Source of the DNA: Anaeromyxobacter sp.
GTDB taxonomy: Bacteria > Myxococcota > Myxococcia > Myxococcales > Anaeromyxobacteraceae
DNA length: 64,000 nucleotides
Reading direction: 5' to 3'
NCBI GenBank assembly: GCA_049840735.1
Contig: JASGJN010000013.1
Span: 64,001-128,000 of the forward strand
Below, piece by piece: positions 52,363 to 61,737 of the stretch. Position 1 is the first letter of the stretch. Each line of letters begins with the position of its first letter. The position numbers and the translations under genes were made by a program. A model generated the notes under the pieces. The model worked only from the letters and a program-made list of their open reading frames with translations, searched no databases and was not told where the DNA came from.

Positions 52363-53373
52363 ACCTGCTCGTCACCGGCGGCACCGGCTTCCTGGGCTCC
52401 ACCCTGGTGCCGCTGCTGACCGCAGCCGGCCACCGGGTGCGGCTCTTGCAGCGGTCCGCCGCCCCCGAGGCCGAGCGGCTCGGCGCCCAGGTGCTGCGCG
52501 GCTCCGTGGAGGACGCCGACGCGGTCCGGGCCGCGCTGGACGGCGTGGACGCCGTGTACCACCTGGCCGGCCAGGTCACGTTCGATCCGGACGACCCCGC
52601 CCGGCTCTACGCGCTGCACGTGCAGGGCACCCGCGTGCTCCTGGAGGGCTGCGTGGCCGCCGGCGTGAAGCGGGTGGTGCTCGCGTCGTCGTCCGGGACC
52701 ATCGCCGTCTCGAAGCAGGAGCGGGTGGCCACCGAGGCGGACGACTACCCGCTCCACGCCGTGGGCGAGTGGCCCTACTACCTCTCCAAGATCTACCAGG
52801 AGAAGACCGCGCTCCGGTTCCACCGCGAGGCCGGGCTGCCGGTGGTGGTGCTCAACCCCTCGCTCCTGCTCGGCCCGGGCGACAGCCGCCTCTCCTCCAC
52901 CGACGTGGTCTTCAAGTTCCTCGAGCAGCGCATCCCCGCCATGCCGTCGGGCGGCATCTCCTTCGTGGACGTGCGCGACGCCGCCGCCGCGTTCGTGGCG
53001 GCGCTCGCGCAGGGCCGGCCCGGCGAGCGGTACCTGCTCGGCGGCGCCAACATGACCTTCCGGGACTTCTTCGGCCGGCTGGAGCGGCTCTCCGGCGTGG
53101 CCGCGCCGGTGGTGGCCCTGCCCAGCGCCGTGAACGTCGCCGGCGTGAAGCTGCTGGAGAAGGTGGCCAGCTGGCGCGGCGCCGAGCCGCTCGATCGACG
53201 CGCACTCCGTGGAGATGGGCGAGCGCTGGTGGTACTGCGACTCCGGCAAGGCCCAGGCCGAGCTCGGCTTCGCCGCCCGCGATCCGCACGAGACCCTCGC
53301 CGAGACCGTCCGCTGGCTGGAGCGGAACGTGCGGCGACGGGTGCGAAGCGTCGCGGACCTGCCCGCGCGCTGA
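52359..53373 (+). CDS. NAD-dependent epimerase/dehydratase (extended SDR), last gene of the elb-like cluster, with an apparent frameshift at ~53190-53196
   Basis: Motifs [20 protein letters not shown] and GRPGERY. Removing one base restores [14 protein letters not shown] and a TGA at 53371-53373. Confidence 0.85.
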
Positions 53374-53412
53374 GCCGGGGCCGGCGCCGCGCAACCCCGC
53401 GCTCCGCGCTCC

Positions 53413-53492
53413 ACGTTTGCGCGTTTGCGCGTTTGCGCGTTTGCGCGTTTGCGCGACTGCGCGACTGCGCGACGGCGCGAGCTCGCGACGGC
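53413..53492. repeat. 8-bp tandem repeat (VNTR-like), about 10 units
   Basis: ACGTTTGC, (GCGTTTGC)x4, (GCGACTGC)x2, GCGACGGC, GCGAGCTC, GCGACGGC. Confidence 0.85.
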
Positions 53493-53584
53493 CTCCTCCG
53501 GAAGCCGGCTCCCGTCCTGGAGCCGGCTCCCGCCGGCGCCGGCTGGGCGTGCGCCAGGACGGAGGGGGAGTTAGGCTCGCAGCT

Positions 53585-53900
53585 GTGGCGAGCGAGAATC
53601 TGCCAGTACTGCGGGGTGGACCTGGACGAGGTGCCGCCCGGCCGCGAGGAGGGCTGGCTCTACGGCATCGAGTGCGCTCGCTGCCCGCCGGGGCGGCGGC
53701 GCTCGCTGGTGCTGGCGCGGCGTGAGCGCGTCGCGTCGCTGGAGTGCCCGGACTGCGGCGCTGCGCTGGCCCCGGCCGAGGGGCACCCTGACGTGCTGGT
53801 CGTGAAGCAGGTCAGCTACGAGGTCTGCGCGGCGTGCGGGGAGCGGTGCGGCGTGGCCTCGGTCCGGAAGATCAGGGACGTGTCGGGCGGGACCATGTGA
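53585..53900 (+). CDS. Small Cys-rich double zinc-ribbon-like protein (~104 aa); start inferred after GAATC>GATC correction
   Basis: Four CxxC pairs: CQYC, CARC, CPDC and CAAC. GTG 53585 gives MASEICQYC if one A at 53596-53600 is removed. Confidence 0.6.
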
Positions 53901-53982
53901 CCCCAATCCAGCGGGCGGTCGCGGCCGAGCCGGCGGCAGACCGCGGCCACCCGCACCACCGGGCCAGCCGCGCGGCTCACGC

Positions 53983-54447
53983 TCAGCCGCGTTGACGGCC
54001 GAGCGCGATCCTCGCCACCGGCTGACCGCCGGAGCGGGTGCCGAGGCGACCGCGCGCCGTCAGCAGCTCCAGCGCGGCGATCGCCGCCGGCTCGAGCCCA
54101 TCATCCTTGCTCACCACCGCGTCGGCGCCGGCGGTCCGCAGCGCGTCCGCCCGCACGGAATCCAGGTGCCCGCTCAGGACCACGATCGGGAGGTCCCGCT
54201 CGCCGCCGAGCTCACGGACCGCCATCACCAGCGCGTCCCCCGACAGCCCCGGCATGAGCAGGTCCGTGACCAGCACATCCAGGGAGAGCAGCTCGTCCGA
54301 CAGCCGCCTCAGCCCATCGCGCCCATCGGCGGCCCAGACGCTGTCGATCCCGCGCTCCGCCAGCAGCGCGCCGAGCACGTGCACGACGACCGGATCGTCG
54401 TCGACGATGAGGGCCCGAGGCCGGCTGGTGGCCAACGCTAGCTCCAC
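53983..54447 (-). CDS. Single-domain response regulator
   Basis: Motifs LIVDDD, VTDLLMPGLSG, VVLSG and VSK. Confidence 0.85.
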   Translation of the reverse strand: MELALATSRPRALIVDDDPVVVHVLGALLAERGIDSVWAADGRDGLRRLSDELLSLDVLVTDLLMPGLSGDALVMAVRELGGERDLPIVVLSGHLDSVRADALRTAGADAVVSKDDGLEPAAIAALELLTARGRLGTRSGGQPVARIALGRQRG

Positions 54448-54677
54448 GCATGAACTCCCGGAGAAACCCTAGCGAGCGGCTCCCGGGCTGTAAACGCTCG
54501 GGGTCGGCCAGCGGCGTCCCACGAGGCACCTACGCCTCCCGCGACCCGGCCTGAACGCGTGTCGGCGTGTCGGAGGCCGGAGGTCGGCATGTCGTGTTCG
54601 GCCGTCTTCGCAGCGGCATGTCGGCGGGTCGACGTGTCGGCGTCTGGTCGCGGCCGGCAAGCGGCGCTCAGCGGCGC

Positions 54678-55079
54678 TCAGCACCGTTCGGCGCCGGATG
54701 TGCGATAGACCTCCAGCGCCCACCGGATCGCCTTGAGCAGCGTGGGGACCTCGAGGGGCTTCTGGATGAAGCAGCACGCGCCGCAGGCGAGCATCTCCTG
54801 CTCCGTCCCCAGGTGGCCCGAGACGCCGATCAGCGGCAGCTGCTGGAGGTGGGGAGCGGGCGACTCCTTCACCCACCGGATGAACTCCGCGCCGGTGATG
54901 CCCGAGAGGCGGTGATCCACGACGGCCACGCCGAGCTCCTCCTGCTGCGCAATCCGCACGGCGGCCTCGCCACTCGCCGCACAGACCGGGGCCATGCCGG
55001 CCTGCTCGATGGCGTCCGCGATCATCTCGCGGAGCAGCTCCTCGTCCTCGACGACCAGCACCCGTACCGGCTCCGCCAT
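54678..55079 (-). CDS. Single-domain response regulator
   Basis: Motifs VLVVEDE, VVDHRLSG, GVSG and QKP. Confidence 0.8.
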   Translation of the reverse strand: MAEPVRVLVVEDEELLREMIADAIEQAGMAPVCAASGEAAVRIAQQEELGVAVVDHRLSGITGAEFIRWVKESPAPHLQQLPLIGVSGHLGTEQEMLACGACCFIQKPLEVPTLLKAIRWALEVYRTSGAERC

Positions 55080-55383
55080 GTCGACATCCCCCACTTCGAG
55101 TCCGATGGTAGACGGCGCGGCGAACCTGCACCAGCGGTGGAGGACGGCACTCTCGTGCCGGGTGAAGGTCCGACACGGGTGTGGGCCCGGTACGGTCCAG
55201 TGCGCGTGGGACGACGATGCCGGTGGCCTCAAGTGACCGAGCGTCACATCGGTGCGCGCGCCCCATCGCACTCCGGTTCGCGTGGCGCCTCGGACTGGCA
55301 CGCCGGGAAGGGCCGGATCCCGCGAAACAACAGAGCGGGCCCCCCTGCTTCGGGAGGCCCGCTGGGATTTCCGGTACTTCGAG

Positions 55384-55455
55384 AGGCACCGGGCGGATTC
55401 GAACCGCCGGATACGGGTTTTGCAGACCCGGGCCTTACCACTTGGCGACGGTGCC
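55384..55455 (-). tRNA. tRNA-Cys(GCA), CCA not encoded
   Basis: GGCACCGTCGCCAAGTGGTAAGGCCCGGGTCTGCAAAACCCGTATCCGGCGGTTCGAATCCGCCCGGTGCCT: GCA anticodon, U73. Confidence 0.93.
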
Positions 55456-55470
55456 GTACGGCAGGGGAGC

Positions 55471-55499
55471 CTTTTATCGGAGGCCCGTTTCGGCGTCAA
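55471..55499 (-). promoter_or_regulatory. sigma70-type promoter of tRNA-Cys
   Basis: TTGACG-N17-TAAAAG, 15 nt upstream of the tRNA. Confidence 0.65.
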
Positions 55500-56089
55500 C
55501 GCGCCCCGTGTCGCCGCGCTTGTGGTCGCACCCTGGGGACGAGGGCAACGCTCCGCACCCGGAGGCCTCGCCGGGCGAGCGCGTCCAGCAGGCCCGGGAT
55601 CTCGGCCTCGGCAGCCGCACGGAGCGCTTCGGCCGGCCGAAGCGTGAGCTCCAGCCCAGCCGGGCCCGTCCTGAGGTCCACTGAGAGCGACGTCCCGAAC
55701 CCCAGCGTGAGCAGCCCCGGGCACGCCCCGGCGCGCAGCGCCGCCTCGATGGATACGGGCACCGCCGCCACAGCGGCGGCGAAGGTGCTTGTCTCCGCGT
55801 GCAGGCCCTCCCCCGGACTTGCGCCCGTCCCCTCGCCAGGCAGCGAGCGCGCTGCCTGGGGCGGCCCGCCTTGGTCCAGCGGACTTCCCCCGGTGCCGGC
55901 CCGGTCGTGCCCCCGTCTCGGCCTGCCCGCGCCCGGGGGATCCTGCCGCCCGGAGCCTGCGGGTTCCATCTTCCGCTGCTCAGCAGCCGCGAGGGCGCCG
56001 GAGAACGTCCGGCCCTGACTGGCACGCGAGCCCTCCGCGTTCGCGGGTGATGGAGCGCCGGCGGAGCACGTGGCCGAGCAGGTGGTCAT
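55496..56089 (-). CDS. Hypothetical protein with a possible FliK/SctP-like C-terminal domain; start uncertain
   Basis: Low-complexity N-part, then LSVDLRTGPAGLELTLR...IPGLLDALARRGLRV, which resembles the type III substrate-switch domain pattern. Confidence 0.35.
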   Translation of the reverse strand: MTTCSATCSAGAPSPANAEGSRASQGRTFSGALAAAEQRKMEPAGSGRQDPPGAGRPRRGHDRAGTGGSPLDQGGPPQAARSLPGEGTGASPGEGLHAETSTFAAAVAAVPVSIEAALRAGACPGLLTLGFGTSLSVDLRTGPAGLELTLRPAEALRAAAEAEIPGLLDALARRGLRVRSVALVPRVRPQARRHGAR

Positions 56090-56310
56090 GACCGGCGCGT
56101 CTGCAGGACCAGTGCCGGTGCAAAAGACCGCCCAGCCGCGATGGGCTGGGGAGGATGAAGGTCCGCGCCTCGGCCCCATGGTCCGCGCCGCGGACCATGG
56201 GCCCGGACGACCGGCGCCCGGTCGCATGTCCAGGGCCAAGAGATGAGCGCGCATGAGGCCGCTCCGTCCGGCCGACCTGCCTCGGCACCCGGCATGCATT
56301 CACCTTCGGC

Positions 56311-57600
56311 ATGTCCGCACGCGCAGAAGCCCGACAGCTGGCCGAGCTGCTCAGGAACGAACACGGCATGATGACCGACTTCCTGGTCGCCCTGGCCGAC
56401 TTCGACCGCCGAGGCGGATGGGCTGAGCTGGGCCACGCGAGCCTCTTCTCCTTCCTCCAGAAGGAGCTGCGACTGTCCGCCGGTGCCGCGCAGTACCGCA
56501 AGACCGCCGTGGCGCTGCTCCACCAGTTTCCACAGGTGGAGTCCGCGCTCCGCGAGGGCAGGCTCTGCCTTTCGTCCGTCATCGAGCTCTCGAAGGTCAT
56601 CGATCCGAGCAACGCGGACCAGGTGCTCCCGAGGTTCTTCGGCCTGTCACGACGCGCCGCTGGCGTCCTCGCCGTCTCCCTCAAGCCCGTGCCGAACCCT
56701 CCCATCCGGGACGTCATCACCCGGGAGCGCCAGACCTCGGCGCGAGGGACCGTCTCCGCCGGCACGGTGACCGCGACCACGGCGGCTGCGGCGACCCCGC
56801 AAGCAGACGACGCCTCCCTCCCTCTCGCACCCGACGCAGTCTCCTCGCCAGCGGTTCGGCCGGCCGAAGTGGAACCCCTCGCTCCAGCTGCTGCGCGCCC
56901 ACAAGGGACCGAGCTGGAGCTGCCGCTCGTCCCCGTCGCAGCGCGCGAGCTGCCGCCTGACGAAGCCGTCCCGCTAGCGGCGGGGCGCGCACGGGCCCAC
57001 TTCAACGTGTCCGACGGCTTCCTGGCCAAGCTGGAGGCGGCTCGATCCGCGCTGTCCCACCGGCTGCCCGAGGCCAGCATCGAGGAGATCCTGGAGGTCG
57101 GCCTCGACCTGATCCTCTCCGATGCGAACAAGCGCAAGGGCGTGGTCGAGCACCCGCGCGCCGTTCCGCCGGCCTCCTCGGGCGATCGCATCCCCGCCCA
57201 CGTCAGGCGTGAAGTCTGGAAGCGGTCTGGCGGCGGGTGCGAGGTCCCCCTGGCCTCGGGTGGCGTCTGCGGCTCCACCTTCCAGCTGGAGTACGGGCAC
57301 CTGATCGCCCGTGCGTGGGGCGGAAAGCCCACGAGCGAGAACATCCGTATGGAATGCCGGCCGCACAACCAGCAGGCGGCAAGACGGGACTTCGGCGACG
57401 CCTATGTGGACGCCTGCATCCAGCGCCGCCGAGCCGCTGCCCGCAAGAAGAAGGAGGGGCGGCGGTCGAGCCGCCGCGCATCGGGTGGCGCGAAGGAAGG
57501 AACGGCCCGCTCGGCCCGTGGCGCACGCCGCAAGGCCCAGGCGCGGTCGGGGGGCCGCGGCCGGCGGCGCCGCGGCGGGCGCGGTCGGCCGGAGCGGTGA
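56311..57600 (+). CDS. HNH endonuclease domain protein with a helical N-terminal region and Arg-rich tail
   Basis: IPAHVRREVWKRSGGGCE...CGS...EYGHLIARAWGGKPTSENIRMECRPHN, an McrA-like HNH pattern. Confidence 0.8.
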   Translation: MSARAEARQLAELLRNEHGMMTDFLVALADFDRRGGWAELGHASLFSFLQKELRLSAGAAQYRKTAVALLHQFPQVESALREGRLCLSSVIELSKVIDPSNADQVLPRFFGLSRRAAGVLAVSLKPVPNPPIRDVITRERQTSARGTVSAGTVTATTAAAATPQADDASLPLAPDAVSSPAVRPAEVEPLAPAAARPQGTELELPLVPVAARELPPDEAVPLAAGRARAHFNVSDGFLAKLEAARSALSHRLPEASIEEILEVGLDLILSDANKRKGVVEHPRAVPPASSGDRIPAHVRREVWKRSGGGCEVPLASGGVCGSTFQLEYGHLIARAWGGKPTSENIRMECRPHNQQAARRDFGDAYVDACIQRRRAAARKKKEGRRSSRRASGGAKEGTARSARGARRKAQARSGGRGRRRRGGRGRPER

Positions 57601-57604
57601 ACCG

Positions 57605-58921
57605 TCAGCTGCGGTAGTCGGCGTTCTCGGTGACGTACTCGTGCGAGAGGTCCGCGCCCAGCACTGCGCTGGCGCCCGATCCCATGCCCAGGTCGATCGC
57701 GATCTCCACTCGCCGCTCGTGCGGCGGGAAGTCGACCGAGGGCCGGAAGCCGCCGTCCGCCGCCGCTACGCTCGCGTACAGCTCGGCGGACTTCATGTGC
57801 TCGACGAGGCGCCGCTCCTTGTCGGGGTCGAGCCGCATGGCTCCACCCTCCAGCACCACCTCACCGCCCACGCGCATCACCGCCCGCGCCGGGTCGAGGG
57901 CCAGGCCCGTGGCTCCGGCCAGCTTGCCGACGGCGCAAAGCAGACGCCCGACATTGGGGTCGTTCCCGTTCACTGCCGCCTTGAGGAGGGGTGAGTTGAC
58001 CACCGCCTTCCCGACGGAGCGCGCGGCCGCCTCGGTCGGAGCCCCCGAGACCGCAACGCGGACGACGTGATGGACCCCCTCGCCGTTTCGCACCACATCC
58101 TCGGCCAGGTCGGAGAGCACGCGCGCCAGGGCCGCCTCGAACTCCCCGGGGCCCGGGGCCGGGCGCTTGCGGGAGGAGAGCAGCGCGACCATGTCGGAGG
58201 TGCTGGTGTCGGAGTCGACGGAGATGCGGTTGAAGCTCGCATCGACGGCCTCCTCGAGCGCCGCCCTGAGCGGCGCCCGGCCCACGTCCAAATCGGTGAG
58301 GACGAACACCAGCAGCGTGGCCAGGTTGGGCTCGATCATGCCGGCGCCCTTGGCGAACGCCACGATGCTGCCCTGCCCGACCTCCGCCCTGCGGATCTTC
58401 GGGTAGAGGTCGGTGGTCATGATGGCCTCGGCCGCAGGCAACGCCGAGCCGCCGATCAGCGCGGCCGCGGCCTCCGGCAGCGCCCTGACCATGCGGTCCA
58501 CGGGGAGCTGCCAGCCGATCACGCCGGTGGAGGCCGGCAGGACCTGGTCGGGCGCGAGCCCCAGCAACCGGGCGGCCTCCCCGCACACGCGCTCGGCCGC
58601 CTCCACGCCGCCGGGCGCGCAGACATTCGAGACCTTGTTGTTGATGACCAGGGCGCCGACCGAGGGAGCCTCGAGCCTGCGCCGGCCGATGATCACCGGC
58701 GCACCCGGAAACGCGTTGCGGGTGTAGCGCGCCCCGAACGCCTCGGTGGGCTGGTCGAGCGCCACCAGCGTCAGGCTCATGCGCGAGGGCTTGGGGACCT
58801 CCACCGGCACGAACTCGAACCGGCACGTGCCGACGCGGAAGCCCTGCGGAAGGGCGGCCTGCGTCTCGAGCCACGCGCGGTGGGCGGCGCGGCTGGGGAA
58901 GGTGAGGTTGGTGGTCGGCAT
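57605..58921 (-). CDS. argJ: Ornithine acetyltransferase / N-acetylglutamate synthase
   Basis: Motifs ASTGVIG, AIMTTD, KGAGMIEPNLATLL, DSDTSTSD, SPLLKAA and ENADYRS. Confidence 0.93.
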   Translation of the reverse strand: MPTTNLTFPSRAAHRAWLETQAALPQGFRVGTCRFEFVPVEVPKPSRMSLTLVALDQPTEAFGARYTRNAFPGAPVIIGRRRLEAPSVGALVINNKVSNVCAPGGVEAAERVCGEAARLLGLAPDQVLPASTGVIGWQLPVDRMVRALPEAAAALIGGSALPAAEAIMTTDLYPKIRRAEVGQGSIVAFAKGAGMIEPNLATLLVFVLTDLDVGRAPLRAALEEAVDASFNRISVDSDTSTSDMVALLSSRKRPAPGPGEFEAALARVLSDLAEDVVRNGEGVHHVVRVAVSGAPTEAAARSVGKAVVNSPLLKAAVNGNDPNVGRLLCAVGKLAGATGLALDPARAVMRVGGEVVLEGGAMRLDPDKERRLVEHMKSAELYASVAAADGGFRPSVDFPPHERRVEIAIDLGMGSGASAVLGADLSHEYVTENADYRS

Positions 58922-58927
58922 CCGGCG

Positions 58928-58956
58928 CGTTTACCGCGCCGCCAGCGGCCCGTCAA
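58928..58956 (-). promoter_or_regulatory. sigma70-type promoter, probably leaderless, of argJ
   Basis: TTGACG-N17-TAAACG-N6-ATG. Confidence 0.55.
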
Positions 58957-58975
58957 CGCGCCGGGCGCGCCCGCG

Positions 58976-59641
58976 TCAAGCGAGCGCCAACACCGCCCGC
59001 GCGGCGACCAGGAAGTGCAGGACCGCGGCGCCGATCACCAGCGCGTGGAACACCTCGTGGTAACCGAAGACGCGGGGGAAGGGGTCGGGCCGCCTGAGCG
59101 CATAGACCACGGCGCCCAGGCTGTAGACCACGCCGCCGGCGGCGAGCAGCCCGATGGAGCCCGGGCCGAGCCTGGTCTGCAGCGCGGGGAGCACCGGGAG
59201 CACCACCCAGCCGAGCAGCACGTAGACGATGGCGGAGAGCGGCTTGGGACAGGTGGGCCAGAGCACGGACTGGATGATCCCGAGCGCGGCTCCGCTCCAG
59301 ACCACCACCAGCAACGTCGAGCCGCGCGAGTCGCCCAGCAGGAGGCAGATGGGCGTGTAGGTCCCCGCGATGAGCAGGAAGATGGCCGCGTGGTCCAGGC
59401 GACGCATGAGGAGGCGCGCCCGCGGCGACCAGGTCGGCCGGTGGTACAGGGCGCTCACGGCGAAGAGGGAGAAGAGGCTGGCGCCGTACACCTGCGCGGC
59501 GAGCGTCGCCCTGGCGCTGGGCGCGTGGACGGCCAGGACGGCCCACGCGGCGAGCGCGACGGCGGCGGCGACCTCGTGCGAGACACCGCGGAGCAGCGGC
59601 TTGGTGGCGAACGGCTGGTGAGCAGGGGCGGTGGTGGGCAA
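58976..59641 (-). CDS. Hemolysin III / PAQR family membrane protein
   Basis: Motifs SALYH, RRLDHAAIFLLIAGTYTP and GYHEVFH. GGAGG RBS with TTG start. Confidence 0.92.
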   Translation of the reverse strand: MPTTAPAHQPFATKPLLRGVSHEVAAAVALAAWAVLAVHAPSARATLAAQVYGASLFSLFAVSALYHRPTWSPRARLLMRRLDHAAIFLLIAGTYTPICLLLGDSRGSTLLVVVWSGAALGIIQSVLWPTCPKPLSAIVYVLLGWVVLPVLPALQTRLGPGSIGLLAAGGVVYSLGAVVYALRRPDPFPRVFGYHEVFHALVIGAAVLHFLVAARAVLALA

Positions 59642-60035
59642 GCGGACCTCCGGATGCGACGCCCTTCCTTCTACGCGGCGCCGGTCACCCGTTCGTCACG
59701 GCTCGACCGCCCGCCCCCAAGGCCGCCGGGCGAGGTGCCTCCTGGCCCCCCTCTTCCCCGTTTCCCCGTCGGAACAGCACCCGCGGCGCGGCTTGGCGCA
59801 TGTCGGACGCCGGAGCAGTCTTTTTCCAGGCCAGTGGCCGGGCGGCCGTGGGACTCACGCCCGCCCGCCAGGGTCGTCGGGGGCGGGAGAGGCGTGCGCG
59901 CGGCCACGAGTGCCGAGCGACGGGGGCGGACGCACCGCCCGCTGTGGTGCGCAGGAGACGGGGGGCCGCGCGGGCGAACAGGCGCCCGGCTGGCTGACCG
60001 GTGAGCGCGGCGGGACGGTCCGAGGGAGGGCGGGG

Positions 60036-61562
60036 ATGGCGGGGTTCCGGAGCGCAGCACGGGGCGGGTGGGCGGCGTGGTGCGTGGTGGCTTGCCTGGT
60101 CGTCGGGGTGGCCGGCTTCGCGGGCGGCTGCGGAAGCGACAAGGGGACCGGCGGCGGGGTGCAGGATCCCCCGCCCAGCGACCCGCCTCCCCCACCGCCC
60201 CCGCCGCCGCCTCCTCCTCCGCCTCCCCCACCTCCCCCGCCGCCGGCGGTCGAGCCCCCGGTGCTGATGGGCGGGTACGCCTTCTACTCGGCCGCGCAAG
60301 GGCTCACGACGGACCCCTGGGACGCCTCGGCCGACGAGGGCGGCAACGTGTACGTGGCCGGAGGGGACGCGGTGTACGCCCGCGCCGCGGGCGCGGTGGA
60401 CTTCGCCCGCTTCGGGCCGGAGCAGTCCGGGCTGACCGCGAACTGCCATGACCCGGCGGAGATCGACGTGAAGGACCCGCCGGACGCGGCCTTCACCTGC
60501 CCCATCATCTCGGTGGGGGGCGCCAGCGCCGGGCGAGCGGTGATCGGCTTCAAGGGCGTAGGCACCGACTACGACTACGACGCCCCGTGGGCGCTCGACT
60601 CGGGCGGCATCGACCTCGTCACCTTCGACGGGTCCGCCCTCGTGCTCGACCGGCACGTCCGCATCGCCTCGCCCCCCGGCGTCATCTGCGAGCACTGGCG
60701 CCCGGGCTCGAACAACAGCATCTGCGACGAGACCTGGACCGACTCGCCCTGGATGTCGGGCCGCAAGAAGATGCGCCAGGTGAAGCGGATCGTGGTGAAC
60801 CACGACCGGGCCCGGGCGCTCTCCTACGGCGACGTGTACCTGGGCGCCACCCACGGCACGATCGCTGTGCTGGTGGCCCACCCCGAGCAGCGCGGCTGGA
60901 TCGACTACACCAGGGGTGACCCCGCCTGGGCCGACACCAAGGGCATCTGGGAGCACGAGCACCCGGCCATCGGCGGTCCGGACGGCCGGTTCCTCACCGG
61001 CGAGTCGACCGCGCTGGCGCTCGACCCCGTGCAGAACGTCCCCTGGTTCTCGAACGAGATCCGCACCGCCAGCCTCCCGGAGTACGCCACCGCGCGTCAC
61101 CCGTCCTGGAACGGCTGGTGGGGCGAGATGGGCCCGCCGCGGCCGTTCATGGCCTTCTTCGGCCCGGCGGCCGACAACACGTACTGGGATCGCGTGTCAG
61201 GCCTCTCCTTCTGCGAAGACGGGACGCTCTGGGTGGCCTCTGCGGGCGGCGGACTGGGCGCGTACCACCGGGACGGCAGCTGGACGCCCGTCTCCATGCC
61301 TCCACTCTCCGGCAACGTCGCCAGCGCGGTCGCCTGCGACCCCTCCGATGGTTCGGTGTGGGTGGGCTTCGGATGGGGCGGGTTTGGACGCTGGCGTGAC
61401 GGCGCCTGGGAGTTCCCGGCGGCCGACGCGCCGACGTTCGTGCAGAACCCGGTGCGCAACATCCAAATCAACCGCTGGAGCTCGCCGCGCCAGGTGCTCG
61501 TGGTGCACGGCGCCACGCCCAAGTTCGGACCGGGTGGCCTCTCGGTCTACACCGGCCCCTGA
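60036..61562 (+). CDS. Lipoprotein with a poly-proline stalk and a probable beta-propeller domain
   Basis: GGGAGG RBS, AGG|C lipobox and 21 consecutive Pro. Blade-like motifs DEGGNVYVA, EDGTLWVA and SDGSVWVG. Confidence 0.8.
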   Translation: MAGFRSAARGGWAAWCVVACLVVGVAGFAGGCGSDKGTGGGVQDPPPSDPPPPPPPPPPPPPPPPPPPPPAVEPPVLMGGYAFYSAAQGLTTDPWDASADEGGNVYVAGGDAVYARAAGAVDFARFGPEQSGLTANCHDPAEIDVKDPPDAAFTCPIISVGGASAGRAVIGFKGVGTDYDYDAPWALDSGGIDLVTFDGSALVLDRHVRIASPPGVICEHWRPGSNNSICDETWTDSPWMSGRKKMRQVKRIVVNHDRARALSYGDVYLGATHGTIAVLVAHPEQRGWIDYTRGDPAWADTKGIWEHEHPAIGGPDGRFLTGESTALALDPVQNVPWFSNEIRTASLPEYATARHPSWNGWWGEMGPPRPFMAFFGPAADNTYWDRVSGLSFCEDGTLWVASAGGGLGAYHRDGSWTPVSMPPLSGNVASAVACDPSDGSVWVGFGWGGFGRWRDGAWEFPAADAPTFVQNPVRNIQINRWSSPRQVLVVHGATPKFGPGGLSVYTGP

Positions 61563-61737
61563 ACCGGAGGGGCCAGGTCGCCGACGGAAGCGAGGAGGGA
61601 TGGGTCACTCGGGGTGACATCACCGGTGGTTCGTGGGATTGACGCTGCGTCGTCCATCACTGTCAGTGCCGGTACGCCCGGGGATGGACCCGAAAAGGAC
61701 GCTGCTCGGCTGGGACCCCTTTGCTAATCGTCCCCCC

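Noticed and set aside
53413..53492. CRISPR array
   Set aside because: The units are 8-bp tandem repeats with no unique spacers, and there are no cas genes.
54523..54530. att-site duplication of the tRNA-Cys 3' end (GAGGCACC)
   Set aside because: The match is only 8 bp, expected by chance, and no integrase is present.
55396..55400. GATTC/GAATC in tRNA T-loops as further artefacts
   Set aside because: GGTTCGAATCC is the canonical T-arm sequence, so these are genuine.
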